Below, piece by piece: positions 48,441-61,903 of a stretch of 64,000 bases of DNA. The position numbers and the translations under genes were made by a program. Position 1 is the first letter of the stretch, and each line of letters starts with the position of its first letter. Source of the stretch: Octopus vulgaris (taxonomy: Eukaryota); the NCBI GenBank assembly GCA_951406725.2, contig OX597817.1:43152001-43216000 (forward strand). Direction: 5' to 3'. The notes under the pieces are model-generated. The model saw only the letters and a program-made list of their open reading frames with translations, did not search any database and had not been told where the DNA came from.

Positions 48441-51279
48441 CTTTTTTTTTTCTTCTTTCAAATTTTCTTCCATTTCTTGCCGAGTGTCTTCCCGACTCCT
48501 AGGGCAAAGAAACTCATAGTGTATATTGGTAGGCCATTAAACCAAACTCAGTAGTTCGTTCATTTTTTTTTTTAATTTTTTTTTTAAAGTTAAATTAAAA
48601 TACATGAGCAGCAACAGTTCTCACATCGACAATGCTCTTCTCAATACGTGTGATGTACCAGTTAAGACAATCTTTTGCACTTCTTGCAGGGATGGTAAGC
48701 CAGGGATCATTCTCATATAATTTTCGGTTCCCTTCTTGATCATTCCTAGTGCTCCTACGATCACTGGTATTGTAACCGCCTTGAGATGCCACATTTTCTC
48801 AATTTCAATGAGTAGGTCTTTATATTTTCTGAGCTTGTCAAACTCTTTCGCTGAGATATTATGATCACAGGGGATGCTCATGTCGATCAATAAGCAAACT
48901 TTATTGTTTTGGTCTTTCACAACAATATCTGGTTTATTGGCCTTGATGGTTCGGTCTGTATGTACTGGAAAGTCCCACAGAATGGTTACATTTTCTCCTT
49001 CAGTTACAGCCTCAGGGTGGTGATTATACCACTTGTCGGCAGTTTTGATATTGTAATGCCGACTTATTAGCCAGTGGAGATATTGGCCAACTCTGTCATG
49101 TCTTAATTTATACTCCACTGGTGCTAAGACTTTACATCCAGAGATTAGGTGGTCCACTGTTTCAATCATGTCGTTGCAGAATCGGCATTTTGGGTCTGCT
49201 CAATTTTTCATCACATTGGCCTGGTAGTTCCGGGTTAATAGGCTTTGGTCTTGAGCAGCCAGGATGAAACCTTCGCTCTCTGCTTTTAGCCCTGAGCTCC
49301 GTAGCCACTGATGGGTTTGCTTCTGGTCAACATCAGCTTGTTTGCTGCGGGTCACATATTTGCCGTGCAGAGGTTTCTCCTCCCACCTATCAGCCAATTG
49401 CTCGTGCGCTTTTTTCATTGCCATCATTTTCACCTTCTTTGCAACAATAGTTGCCGTACTTCCCTCGGGTTGTTCAGTTTGGGTATCCTGCACGAGATCA
49501 ATAGCAAATTTTTTGCTTTCCTTGATGATAGAATGAAGCTTCTTTCGTCTCTCGTGATTTTCCACGAGCTTTAGCATCCAGTCATTTGATATTTCGAGAT
49601 ATTTGGCCAGTCCAATTGTGGTTGTTTTGTAAGCTAGTTCAAATTGGATCAGGCCTCGACCTCCTTGGGCTCTGGGAAGGTAAAGGCGATCTACGTCTGC
49701 CTTTGGGTGGTGCATCCTATTACAACTCAGCAGCTTGAGTATTTTTCTATCTATATTCTTTACTTCACTCATATTCCAGTTCAACACATTGTAGCTATAA
49801 GTAACAACTGGAACTGCTAAGGAATTTATAGCTAACACCTTGTTACGTGCATTTAGTTCAGATTTCAGGACTGCACGAACTCTCCTATAACATTCCTTCC
49901 TGATTTTCTCTTTCATGCTTGCATGCTGAATACCAGAGCCTTCATTTATCCCTAAATATTTGTATGTCTGTTCTTGCTCGAGCTCTCTTATGACTGTGTC
50001 AACATCTAACACGACTGAATTTGTGGTCTTCACTTTCCCTTTCTGGAAAGTGGCCTCGGCACACTTCTCAAGTCCAAACTCCATCCCGATGTCATCGCTG
50101 AATGCTTTCTCGGTGCGCAATAGGCCTTCAAGTTCATTATTGTCTTTACCATAAAGTTTTAAGTCATCCATATAAAATAGATGGCTTATTTTTTATTGGC
50201 AATTTTATACCCATACCCTGTTCTGTTTAATTCACTTGTAAGGGGTATTAAGGCTATGCAGAATATTAAAGGTGAAAGTGAGTCACCTTGAAAAATTCCA
50301 CAGTTGATGTTTATATTTTCTGAGGCAAGTACTCCATTAGAGTGGTATAATTGGAGATTCGTATTCCACAACGACATATTGTGCTTCAGGAAGTTTGAAA
50401 TCACAGGGGAAATTTTAAAGATGTCCAGCGATCTCAAGATCCATGGATGCGGTATACTGTCGAAGGCCTTTTTATAGTCAATCCATGCGGTGCTGAGATT
50501 TCTGCGCTTGTTGTGACAGTTCTCAAGGATCATACGATTGATTAGCAGTTGATCTTTGCATCCGTAAGAACCTCGGCGGCACCCTTTTTGTTCAATGGGG
50601 AAAATATCGTTCTTCTCCATGAATGCATATGTTTTCTCCGCCAGGATAGATGTTAGGATTTTATACGTGGTGGATAGACAGGTTATAGGCCGATAGTTTT
50701 TTGGAAGGTTGGTTTCGTTATTCTTTGGGAGTAGGTAAGTAATGCCACTTGCTAACCATTCAGGTGTTTTCTTTGGGTCTCTCAAAATTCCATTGAGCAG
50801 CTGAACTAGCTTACCGTGTGCGCACGGGAGCGATGCGAGCCAGAAATTCGGAACCCTATCTTTACCGGGGGATTTCCAATTATGGGCCTTCGTGAGTGCC
50901 TTTCTTAGGTCTGCTATTGTGATGTCTTCCCATGCTTGTTGTAAATTTTGGTAGGATCCTTCAGTTTGTATAATCCAGTCTGCATTTATGTTGTACGTCT
51001 TCTTGTCACTCCAAATCCTTTCCCAAAAGTTTTGAACTTCTTCCATGGGAGGGGGTCTTTAACGGTTACTTTCTCCTTCCCTATTTCTCTGTAGAATTTT
51101 TTGGCATTGGATGTGAACAGCTTATTTTGCTTGTAAAACTTGTTTCTCTTCTCAAATCTTCGTATTCTTTGGGCTTTTGCTTGGACTTTTTGTTTCAGCG
51201 TTTCTTTTATTGATATCAGTTCTTCTCTTGGTGAGGATCCAAATTTTCTCTTCATCTTTCTTCCTGTTCTGGATCTTAC
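48441..51279 (-). mobile_element. Young 5'-truncated R4/Dong-clade non-LTR retrotransposon (RT, CCHC finger, RLE)
   Basis: KSPGKD, YRPITCL, DYKKAFDS, QGDSLSP, YMDDLKLY, CRFC..ETVDHLISGC, RHD, NKPDIV, KYKDL; poly(A) end; two 1-nt frameshifts and one in-frame TGA. Confidence 0.93.
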
Positions 51280-51280
51280 A

Positions 51281-51336
<56 letters not shown>

Positions 51337-51441
51337 AATAATAATAATAATAATAGTAATAATAATAATAATAATAATAACAACAACAACAACAATAATA
51401 ATAATAATAATAACAATAATAACAACAACAACAACAACAAT

Positions 51442-51536
<95 letters not shown>

Positions 51537-51545
51537 TGATGATGG
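51280..51545. repeat. (ATT)n followed by opposed (AAT/AAC)n triplet tracts
   Basis: Directly visible. Confidence 0.95.
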
Positions 51546-51609
51546 TGATAGCAATATCAATAATATTAATAGTAGTAATTCTCCTGGTTGCAATTGTAGA
51601 GTTAAATCC

Positions 51610-52013
51610 CACAATCCGTTATTAGGTCGATGTCTAATCCAAAACGTAATTTTTGAATGTACAACTATAACTGAGGCTGGTAACTTCATATATATAGGAT
51701 GTTCGATAAATATAAAAAACGTATTAATAATCATTTTTCATCTTTTAAACTCAAACATAAAGCCAATTGTCCGTCCTTATCTAGCAAGATTTGGGAACTG
51801 AAGGAAAGCGGAATCGAAAGTAGCCTTAAATGGGATATAATACTGAAAGCCCAACCTTTTAGAGATAGTCGATATGGGTTTGAGCTGTGCTGTATGGAAA
51901 CTTATGAGATTTTTATGTATATGGACAAGAACAACATGATTAATAATAGATCAGACCTAAGGGTATCATGTGTACATAGCGTCAACCGTACATTGAAGTG
52001 TTTTCGAAATTAG
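51610..52013 (+). mobile_element. Penelope-like GIY-YIG endonuclease fragment (C-terminal EN type)
   Basis: PLLGRCLIQNVIF...YIG...KRINNHFSSF...LSSKIWELK...WDII...LC..E...INNRSD...CVH with frameshift. Confidence 0.75.
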
Positions 52014-53224
52014 CGATTAAAGTTGCTATATTTGGACTTTGATGGTGGAAATCAATTTTGGTGTCGTATCTGTTGTGAACTTTCCTTCTAGTATTATATC
52101 ATAGGATATTGAGCTATATGGTGAATTAAATTGCATTGCATATGTTATGGTATGTGGTGTGCTACATATAATTACTATCCCACGAAAACTCCTGCCTAGT
52201 TAGTCTGACTTCATCATGTTTTTGGTGATTAAGCTATTTGTTCCTTTATATGATGCTCTACCCTACTGATCACATGTATATTTGTAATGGCTTTTATGTA
52301 AGTATGTCCCCTAGAAACTATAAATCATGAACTATAAATCATGTGACAGAACCTGTAACATTGCAACTCATAAAATCTCTTCAGTCTGAATACCTCCAAC
52401 TGCCCTCACAATTCCCATACCTACTACTTCCTCTTTTGTGGGGCTATCTTTATCTCTTCCCTACCTCAAATTTTAATACCCCATCTCTTTAAATGGAAGT
52501 TATATATATTTCTTATCATTTTCTATAAATTCTTATTATTTTGTTTTCTTACTTTGATATCCTTACCTATTCACCTCTTATCCCTATCAGATGTTTTTTG
52601 CTTAAATAAAGATAGATACTTTCTGGTTACTTAAGTCTATGCGAGATGGTTATACTATATCCATACAAACGTATAGATATATGTGTATGTGTGCATGTGC
52701 GTATGTGTGTGCGTGTACAAGATAAGTATGTGAATGTTTGTATCTGTGGTTATTTTGTACCTTATTTACGAGTGGTTGTGTGGTAAGTAGCTTGCTTACC
52801 AGCCATATGGTTCCGGGTTCAGTCCCACTGCGTGGCACCTTGAGCAAGTGTCTTCTGCTATAACCTCGGGCCGACCAAAGCTTTGTGAGAGGATTTGGTC
52901 GACGGAAACTGAAAGAAGCCCGTTGTATATGTATATATATATGTACGTGTGTGTATATGTTTGTGTGTCTGTGTTTGTCCTCCCAACATTGCTTGATAAC
53001 CGATGCTGATGTGCTTACGTCCTCGTAACTTAGCGGTTTGGCAAAAGAGACCGATAGAATAAGTACTAGGCTTACAAAGAATAAATCCTGGGGTCGATTT
53101 GTTCGACTAAAGGCGGTGCTCCAGCATGGCCACAGTCAAATGACAGAAACAAGTAAAAGAGTATATAAAATACTACAATTAGCCGCAATTGTTTACGGCA
53201 CAGGGCCAGCTAGTGTTTAATAAG

Positions 53225-53340
53225 AACCTTAGGATCAACAAGGAACATAATTTACCACTTAAAATGTATGGAAAATGAATGTAAGCACCCGACTACAGCT
53301 TATATAGGAGAAACCACCTGAAACCAGGTTGAGTGAATGG
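53225..53340 (+). mobile_element. Small GIY-YIG (Penelope-like) relic
   Basis: NIIYHLKCMENECKHPTTAYIGETT* resembles the NxxY...C...C...YIGET motif. Confidence 0.5.
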
Positions 53341-53952
53341 ATGATAATGGGAGAAGAATATAGTGATAGCAAACCTACGACGGTATTCTGTCAGCATGAT
53401 AAAAATAAAGATGACAGTATACTGAATAACGTAGGCATAAAATTGCGTCGGCACACTCGTATGATGTAACTTTACGACAGCTGTTCGAATCTACACTAAT
53501 AAGCGTATGGAAGCCATCACTTACTAGAAAATACGGATAAAATGCAGTGATCACGTCAGCATCGTCATCCAACACACGCAAAAAGAAAAAAAAACGAATG
53601 AAATAAAAGCGATAAACAATATAGGATCTTTTTGAAGTCGATATGTGAGTGAATACCCATGTGTAACTGAAGTATGTACATTAAATTGGTCAAGGTAGCA
53701 TGCGAATCCAAATGTATGTGCGTGCTTGTGTATTACTGATGCATACTGCCATATACATCTTGGCATTAAACTGGTCGATACTGCAGCGAACATAAACCAA
53801 ATCCCACCAGAAGAAGAAAATAATTATTGACCTATACGTTAGTAAATATACATTAGTGTGTGTGTTAGGTTAGTAAACATACATCTGTGTGTTTTCATGA
53901 ATGTGTGTCGCCTGTGTGCGTATATATATATATATATCTATATCTATATCTA

Positions 53953-54039
<87 letters not shown>

Positions 54040-54183
54040 GTTGGTATATAATTTCCTTATTCCATTCAGTTATGTGAATGAAAGATGAAAAGAGGCATAA
54101 AATTGTAATTTGATCCGCATCGTTTCCCTCCAAATCTGGTGATTGGACTTGAATGTCCATACAAGCACGCGCTCGTACTGGCG

Positions 54184-54274
<91 letters not shown>

Positions 54275-55641
54275 CTTTCTCTCTCTCACTCATATCCTCA
54301 TAAATATAACTGTAGAATTTGCAAATTATCAGACAGATCTGGAGCAGAGAGGGAATGTTATTGATGAGGAGGCGAATGGCGACGAAAAGACACTGATTGA
54401 TTGCTTGATCCGACGATTAATGAAGCAATCGAGTATATAATTGGTTAAACATATAACAAGTCGACTAAAAATAATAATAAAAGAAGTGAAGCACACCAGA
54501 GTGTGTGTTTATTATTTGCATGCTGACCCTCCCAAGACACGACAAAACATTTTGGTAAGAAAAGATCTTCAGATGACAGGGGACCGAGACTTCTGGTGGT
54601 TTGTTGTGCTTGAGAAGACAAATCAAGCTAAGTAAATACGTGATCGTCCTTGCATACAAGCATGTCCCCTACATCTCTCTTCAGCTGAGTGTTCCTAATC
54701 TTGCGGGCGCATAGGTGCCGGTGCCATATAAAAAGCATTGGTGCTGATGCTGCGTAAAAGCTCCCAGTACACTCTGTAAAATGATTGGCGTTAGGAAGGG
54801 CATCCAGCCGTAGGAACCATGCCAAAATAGCCCGGGCAGCTCTCCAGCTCCTGTGAAACTGTACAACCCATGCCAACATGGAAAACGGACGTTAAATGAT
54901 GATGATGACGATATGTATGTATGTATGTAGATTTATGTGTATGTACAGACACAAACACACACACACTCACCTATATAAAAGAATACAGAAAAGATAATAG
55001 TTATATATGATATACGTAATGCTCTCGTGTTCCAGAAAACCAGCAAAAGTATATTTGTAGATGTTATACTTTATATGAGAGTTAAAAATACTGCAGATTA
55101 ATTCTCTATCTGAAGAATTGCTAGGCGTAGGAGTGGCTGTGTGGTAAGTAGCTTGCTTACCAACCACATGGTTCCGGGTTCAGTCTCACTGCGTTGCACC
55201 TTGGGCAAGTGTCTTCTACTATAGCCTCGGGTCGATCAAAGCCTTGTAAGTGGATTTGGTAGACGGAAACTGAAAGAAGCCCATCGTATATATGTATATA
55301 TGTATGTGTGTATATGTTTGTGTGTCTGTGTTTGTCCCCCTAAAATCGCTTGACAACCGATGCTGATGTGTTTACGTCCCCGTAACTTAGCGGTTCGACA
55401 AAAAAGACCGAAAGAATAAGTACTAGGCTTACAAAGAATAAGTCCTGGGGTCGATTTGCTCGACTAAAGATGGTGCTCCAGCATGGCCACAGTCAAATGA
55501 CTGAAACAAATAAAAGATTAAAAGAGTAATAGGAGATGCCTTACATGTTTTTCTACATGTATACCTATGTAACTCTTTTTAGTAATAAAGTATATGTAAT
55601 GCAGAATAAACAATGCCAAAATTTTTTCCAGTTTTCAGCTT

Positions 55642-55716
<75 letters not shown>

Positions 55717-56253
55717 TATTTGTATATATATTTGAAACATGTGTAGAAAATAATAAAAGGAATTCTGTAGAATCTTCGTTCAGCTCCATTTCTTCCCTTC
55801 ACTAAATATATACATATATATATATATATATAGTTTACTGTGTTCCGTTAAGGTAGGATAAACTAAAAAAGAATTCCTTCCTGTGAGAATTAAATATTGT
55901 TTAATATACACTGTATTAAAGTAAGACCTACTAATAATTTCTTGCTATTGAGACGCGTGGTTAGGTAGATGTTCATAGCGTGCCATGTGTTTCAGAACAA
56001 TTTCAGGTTCTGGGCACATGGTCTATTGTATTTAAAAAAAAAGGACACAGGTATGTAAGAGACCACGAGAAAAATCGAGAAGAATGTTAATGCAAAAACT
56101 GGAATTAGAAGACAAATGATGAATGAAAATGGAAAAAGAAAGCAAAGAAAAGAAAATTAGAGTTACGTCGCCTTTAATCGCAGAAATCACAATTAAACTA
56201 GCTGGTGCAGTACAATTCAACGGTGAGGAGTCCAAAGTCTGCGAGACAGCTGC

Positions 56254-56710
56254 TCAATTCGGAGAGAGTGGTGTCCTCCAGTTCGACAAAAGAAATTTGT
56301 CCATATACTTGCATTTGCTGAAAATTTCGGATCTGGAATTAAGTGGTGTGGTGGAATACTTGAATCTAAAAAGAATGGGCAAACTTTCAGCTACCCATAA
56401 GTTGCATTTCTTAGATCCATTTTTATAAGGCGTAGATTTTTCCACGATCCCCCACTTGACTGTATGTGGTGTGAGATTGGTCTTCAAACCCCATACATGG
56501 CTAGCCAATTTAGTGGCTTTACTTGTGTCGGTGCCAGAAAGAAGACCGGTAGTTTGCATAACGTCTTTTAAAATTGCTTTTGCATAAACTGATGTAATTA
56601 TTTACATTATTATGAAGCATTGCTGTGACTTATACCTCACGGTCGACAGAGTTTATCATGCACGCCTGGTCTAGTGGGAAAACCAGGATCTTGGCAGTTA
56701 CAACTGAGAA
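56254..56710 (-). mobile_element. Penelope-like GIY-YIG endonuclease fragment
   Basis: FKRRYANYRSSF, TKLASHVWGLK, WGIVEKSTPY...CNL..AE...LNSRSEIFSKC; same type as 51610-52013. Confidence 0.8.
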
Positions 56711-57264
56711 TGGGCTCTTGTTAGTGACGATGTCCTGCATACTGAGGCAGCGGCTGTGATATTTTTATCGAGCACCAATTAAAACTCTTCCTGTATTTAT
56801 GATTTACTGGAAATGCGTACCTAAAAGGGTCAGGAATTTCTTGCTCACGTTAATTTTAACATTTAGGGAGAAAGGTCTATTGTTAGGTCACTTTTTAGGT
56901 TAAAAATATTTAAGTTTCATATTGTTAACCTAAAAATAGACCTTGGATCTTAATATCTCATAATTCTAGCAGTGTGATGAATAATTTATACCAATTAGAT
57001 CAAAAGTTGTTTTCTTATAAAATGAATAAAGCTTTATCGTTGTGTTTGTCCCACTATCGCTTCAGTTTCTTTACGTCCGCGTAACTTAGTAGTTCGGCAA
57101 AAGAAACCAATAGAATAAGTACCAAACTTTAAAACAATAACTATTGAGGTCGATTTGTTCGACCAAACCCTTGAGACTGGCTGCAGTTCAATGACTGAAA
57201 CAAATAAAAGATAAAAGATATGCGAAGGAAGTTATCAAGAGACGGAAACTTAATTTTAAATTTT

Positions 57265-57620
57265 CAAATCAAATCAAATCAAATCAAATCAAATTTATTG
57301 GCAGGAGAAGAGCACAATGTGCCTAAGCCATGTAAAAAAAACAACAAAAAACGAAACAGTTATTGTTATATACAGCTTTATACATCGTCGCCACAGTTGT
57401 CCAGAGCCTCTTTGAACAGGGGAGTGGTGGGCAGTTGAATGACATCTTGTGGTAGCTTGTTCCACGGGGCTGCAATACGGACGGAGAATGCAGCCTTCCG
57501 CCTGTTGAGTCGAAAGTGTCGGGGATAGAGTTTGCGGTCATACCCACGAAGACCTCTATCCGGCACAGGGGTGAAAAACTCCGCAAATGGTAGGTTTACA
57601 TCCCCGTGGAAGATGTTTAA
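57265..57620 (-). mobile_element. CR1-type LINE 3' fragment with AATAAA and (ATTTG)n tail
   Basis: LRG...RKAAFSVRIAAPWNKLP motif. Confidence 0.8.
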
Positions 57621-58364
57621 AGCACCTCATTCTTCGATGTTTTAAAATTTTTGCAAGAAATTCAAATCAATGAAAGTAAAATCTTTCCATAAATGGAAGT
57701 CAAAATAAAATAAAAATCTGAGGTTTCAACCACTAAACAAAAACTGTATAGACAATTGGGCCTAAAATACCAGGAAATACTTTTGCCCTGATCAATTTTA
57801 ATTTCTTAACAAGACTACTTCAAGTTAGACCTATATCGAGAATTAACTTTCATCTAAGATGGGTCTATTTCTTCACATACAAGCATCCGAGCTTGTATTC
57901 ATGATTAACAATGATTCAATCACTAATACACTTCAACCACTGGCTTACAAACTCACCGTTTTCTCTTTTTTCCTCATCTATTGCTACTACAACGAATCCA
58001 TTTAATTCATTTCGGTCACAGCCTTCACCCTCCATACCAGCCGATCAATTTCGTCCATTTCATCATCTTCACTGAGTTTCATTTCTCATATCCTGCATAA
58101 AATATTTATTCAGTCATTTCCCATCAGAACTGCAACTCTCCTCGCTGTGCCTTTCTTTCTAACATTAACTTACAAAGATTCAAGCTGAACTCTGACTTCA
58201 TAAATATCATCAGTGTGGAAATGCCTGTCAGCAAAGTTCATAAACCCATTAAGGAGAAAAAATATGAGCCCTGTATTAAGCGCTACTCGTTAAGGTTTTC
58301 ATTAAAACAATATATCTATACTATAATAAAGAAAGCTACTTATTAATTACTTTGGAGTATGTCA

Positions 58365-58635
58365 TCATCATCTGGTCGAGTTTGCTTGGAAATTCTTAGC
58401 CCGCACATGCCACCCATCTCGATTCTGCACTAGTTGAGGGAGGTCTTTGTGAGACGCATCCAATGTCTCTGGTGAGTTGACCTATATACGTTGTGTTCGG
58501 ACAACCTACTCGAGTATAGCCATGCTTTGGCATCCATAGCAGTAGGTCACTCGCCAGCTCTTGTTTAACTCGCCTGTACTGTCCGCAAAGTGCAAGCGCC
58601 TTTCCTTTATAATGGTGGAAACAAAAAGGAGATCT
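58365..58635 (-). mobile_element. RTE-like LINE 3' fragment
   Basis: RRLHFA..., ELASDLLLWMPKHG...G.P..TYI.QL motifs and a (GAT)n end. Confidence 0.6.
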
Positions 58636-58651
58636 CCATACTGCTGTTTCT

Positions 58652-59251
58652 TATTTCTTTATGGTCCACAAGGGGCAAAACATAGATGGGACAAGCAAGG
58701 TCAGACAAATGGATTAAGTCGATTACATCGACCCCAGTGCGTAACTGGTACTTAATTTATCGACCCCGAAAGGATGAAAGGCAAAGTCGACCTCGGCGGA
58801 ATTTGAACTCAAAACGTAACGGCAGACGAAATACCTATTTCTTTACTGTCCACAAGGGGCTAAACACAGAGAGGACAAACAAGGACAGACAAACGGATTA
58901 AGTCGATTATATCGACCCCAGTGCGTAACTGGTACTTAATTTATCGACCCCGAAAGGATGAAAGGCAAAGTCGACCTCGGCGGAATTTGAACTCAAAACG
59001 TAACGGCAGACGAAATACCTATTTCTTTACTGTCCACAAGGGGCTAAACACAGAGAGGACAAACAAGGACAGACAAACGGATTAAGTCAATTATATCGAC
59101 CCCAGTGCATAACTGGTACTCATTTAATCGACCCCGAAAGGATGAAAGGCAAAGTCGACTTCGGCGGAATTTGAACTCAGAACGTAGCGGCAGACGAAAT
59201 ACCGCTAAGTATTTCGCCCGGCGTGCTAACGATTCTGCCAGCTCGCCGCCT
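58652..59251 (-). repeat. SINE family A trimer (184-bp period) flanked by one TSD
   Basis: Units at 58652, 58836 and 59020; ACTGCTGTTTCTT at 58640-58652 and 59253-59265. Confidence 0.9.
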
Positions 59252-60152
59252 AACTGCTGTTTCTTGGTGGGATTAATTCAACATATGTTTAAGACTACTC
59301 TTAACATTCAAGTTTATGCTCCATCTAGCTTGGATTCCAATGTTTTTGGGCAAGCGTCCAAGTGGTTGCTTCTTATAAAAGAACCGAGTATGTAACTTGT
59401 AATAAAAGAAAGCAATTATTAAAATCTTCACTGTCTGGTATTTTAAGAAAATGCAATAGATCACAAGTATTCTTTGAGTGGACAGCTTTAATATTCTATT
59501 CGAAACATTGAATGAGAAACTAAAGAAACTGTTTTCAACGACAATTAGAATCGTTGACTGAAATAAATTTATAATTAATTCATAAATATTATTTAAAATG
59601 AGTTAATACTGGTTTCAGAGTATTTATTTTGGTTGTAACATTTCTTTTATCTTTTATCTTTTAATTTTACTTGTTTCAGTCATTAGACTGCAGCCATGCT
59701 GGGGCACCGCTTTGAAGAGATTTTAGCCAAACGAATCGACCCCACTACTTTTTAAAAGCCTAGTACTTATTATATCAGTCTCTTTTGCTGAAATGCTTTA
59801 TTTACGGGAACATAAACAAACTAACATTGGTTGTCAAGCAGTGGTGGTGGACAAGCACCGACACAAACACACTGGCACACACACACATACGATGGGCTTC
59901 TTTCAGCTTCCGTCTACCAAATCTACTCACAATGCTTTGGTCGGTCCGAGGCTATAGTAGAAGACACTTCCCTGGGTGATACGCAATGGGACTGAACCCA
60001 GAATCATATGGTTGGGAAGCAAACTTCTTGCCACACACGATAACCATACGAATTTTGATGCATGATTGCAACTTCAATCATGTCTGAGAATGAAAATGAA
60101 ACTCAAATGGAAAGCAGTATTTTTTGCGAATTTCCGGATTAGTATAAAAAAA

Positions 60153-60705
60153 TAGGTTGTACGGAAAGTTCGTGCCGATTAGTAGCTTACCTTTTGACTT
60201 ATTTTAAAACATGGTTGAGTCCATGAAATAGGATTTGACTACACCTTCATTAAGCTATCTTTTCGTGGAAGAAGGTTTATATTCCTATAACCTGTGTCAA
60301 TTCTGTAACCCTTTAAAATGGAAGATAAGAAAGTTCATTTTCGGCACTTGATGCTTTGGGAACCAGACAAAAATTGCTGTAGCTCGGCTGGGATGTGTTA
60401 CCCCACCCTCCATATTCACCAGATATTGCTCCTTCGGATTTCCACTTATTCAGGTCTCTTATTCAGGAATAGTCTTGATAGTAAAAATTTAAATTCCTTG
60501 GATGACGTAAAAAGATACCTTGATAAATTCTTTGCCATGAAACCACCTCAATTCTGGGAAGAGGGTATTTTCAAGTTAAAGGAAAGATGGAGACGCATTG
60601 TGCAACAAAATGGTTCATATTTGGTTGATTAAAAATGTAATGGCGAGTATTTACTGGCCTTTTTATTTCCCTTAAAAATCGGCATGAACTTTACTGACAA
60701 CCTAA
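60153..60705 (+). mobile_element. Internally deleted mariner element, copy 2
   Basis: Same TIRs and same deletion junction GCTTTGGG|AACCAGAC; HPPYSPDIAPSDFHLF in a shifted frame. Confidence 0.9.
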
Positions 60706-61699
60706 TAGAAAATTATTTACTTCGACTTTAGCTTTACGGAACATATTTCTTTTTTATAGAGTTGATTTGAAAATTAGGATTTACATTTTTGAAACAAAAT
60801 GCTTTTGTCTAGGAACTTGTATTAAGTTGAATTTTCCCATTAGATATGAAAATCTGTCTCACCTAAACTCTCTCAATTAAATCATCGATTAAAAAGAAAT
60901 ACAAATATAAGTTCTACCAAGCATATTAATTTCAAATTGGTTGTCTAAAATCTTGTCTGTAAGCAAATATAAATTCGCTGAGTATGATTGAATATCTTCG
61001 AAGATATCAAATAGGTGGATCGAAGGAAAAGGAATAGAATCTGTTTATTCAAACGAAAGAAATTAAGTAAATGATCTGTATATTTTAAAGATAATAATAG
61101 TTTCGTGAGAGCAGATCTATGTGTCTGGTCAATGAACTTAGCAGTAAAAAGCGCTGGCTCTGACAACAGAACGTTAGTCATTAAATAACTTTTAACATTT
61201 ATATTTTACGTTCCCAGCTCATTCGTTGAAGCGGAATAACTTTCCATTAAAGATCATGCAAAGGTCAAGAAATATACGCATTTACACAATGGTGATATAT
61301 ATATACACACATATATACATACGTACATATATACATACGTATGTTTGTGCGTACGTATGTACGTATATATGTTTGGATGGTTTTTCTTTGAGTTTTATTT
61401 AAGTTTTATTCAAATCGGTCGCTAACAAATTGACAAGACTTCTTGAGTTAAAAAAAAAAGTTCTCGGTGTTTACAAATATGTGCTTGAGTTCATGTGTTG
61501 GTTGAGCTGGGGATGCACACACTTGGATGTGTGTATCTATTCTTCTGAAGAGTTTCAGATGGAGAATTTTTCGAATGTCTTACAAACCGTCACTGTGCCA
61601 CTAAAAATTTGGTTTTGGAGAAATCGCATCAGTTTCTTTTGCTTTTTCACTGTGAGTCTGAATATTTCTAGGTTTTTGTGCGACTTGTATGTATGTATG

Positions 61700-61730
<31 letters not shown>

Positions 61731-61872
61731 GTAGTTATGTATGCGGAAATTTAATTTTTCAAGCCATACGCAAAAATACACATATCCTCTCTCTCTCTCA
61801 CACACACATACGCATACACGCACGCACACGCCCACACACGCACAAATACACGCATCCTCTCTCTCTCTCTCT

Positions 61873-61903
<31 letters not shown>

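Noticed and set aside
49200-49202. In-frame TGA as possible selenocysteine recoding
   Set aside because: The position is not a Cys of the CCHC finger, the simplest explanation is GGA to TGA, and no SECIS was identified
50986-51734. Long ORFs with poly-I, poly-L, poly-T, poly-V and poly-N runs
   Set aside because: Translations of triplet microsatellites; only the part below 51279 belongs to the retrotransposon
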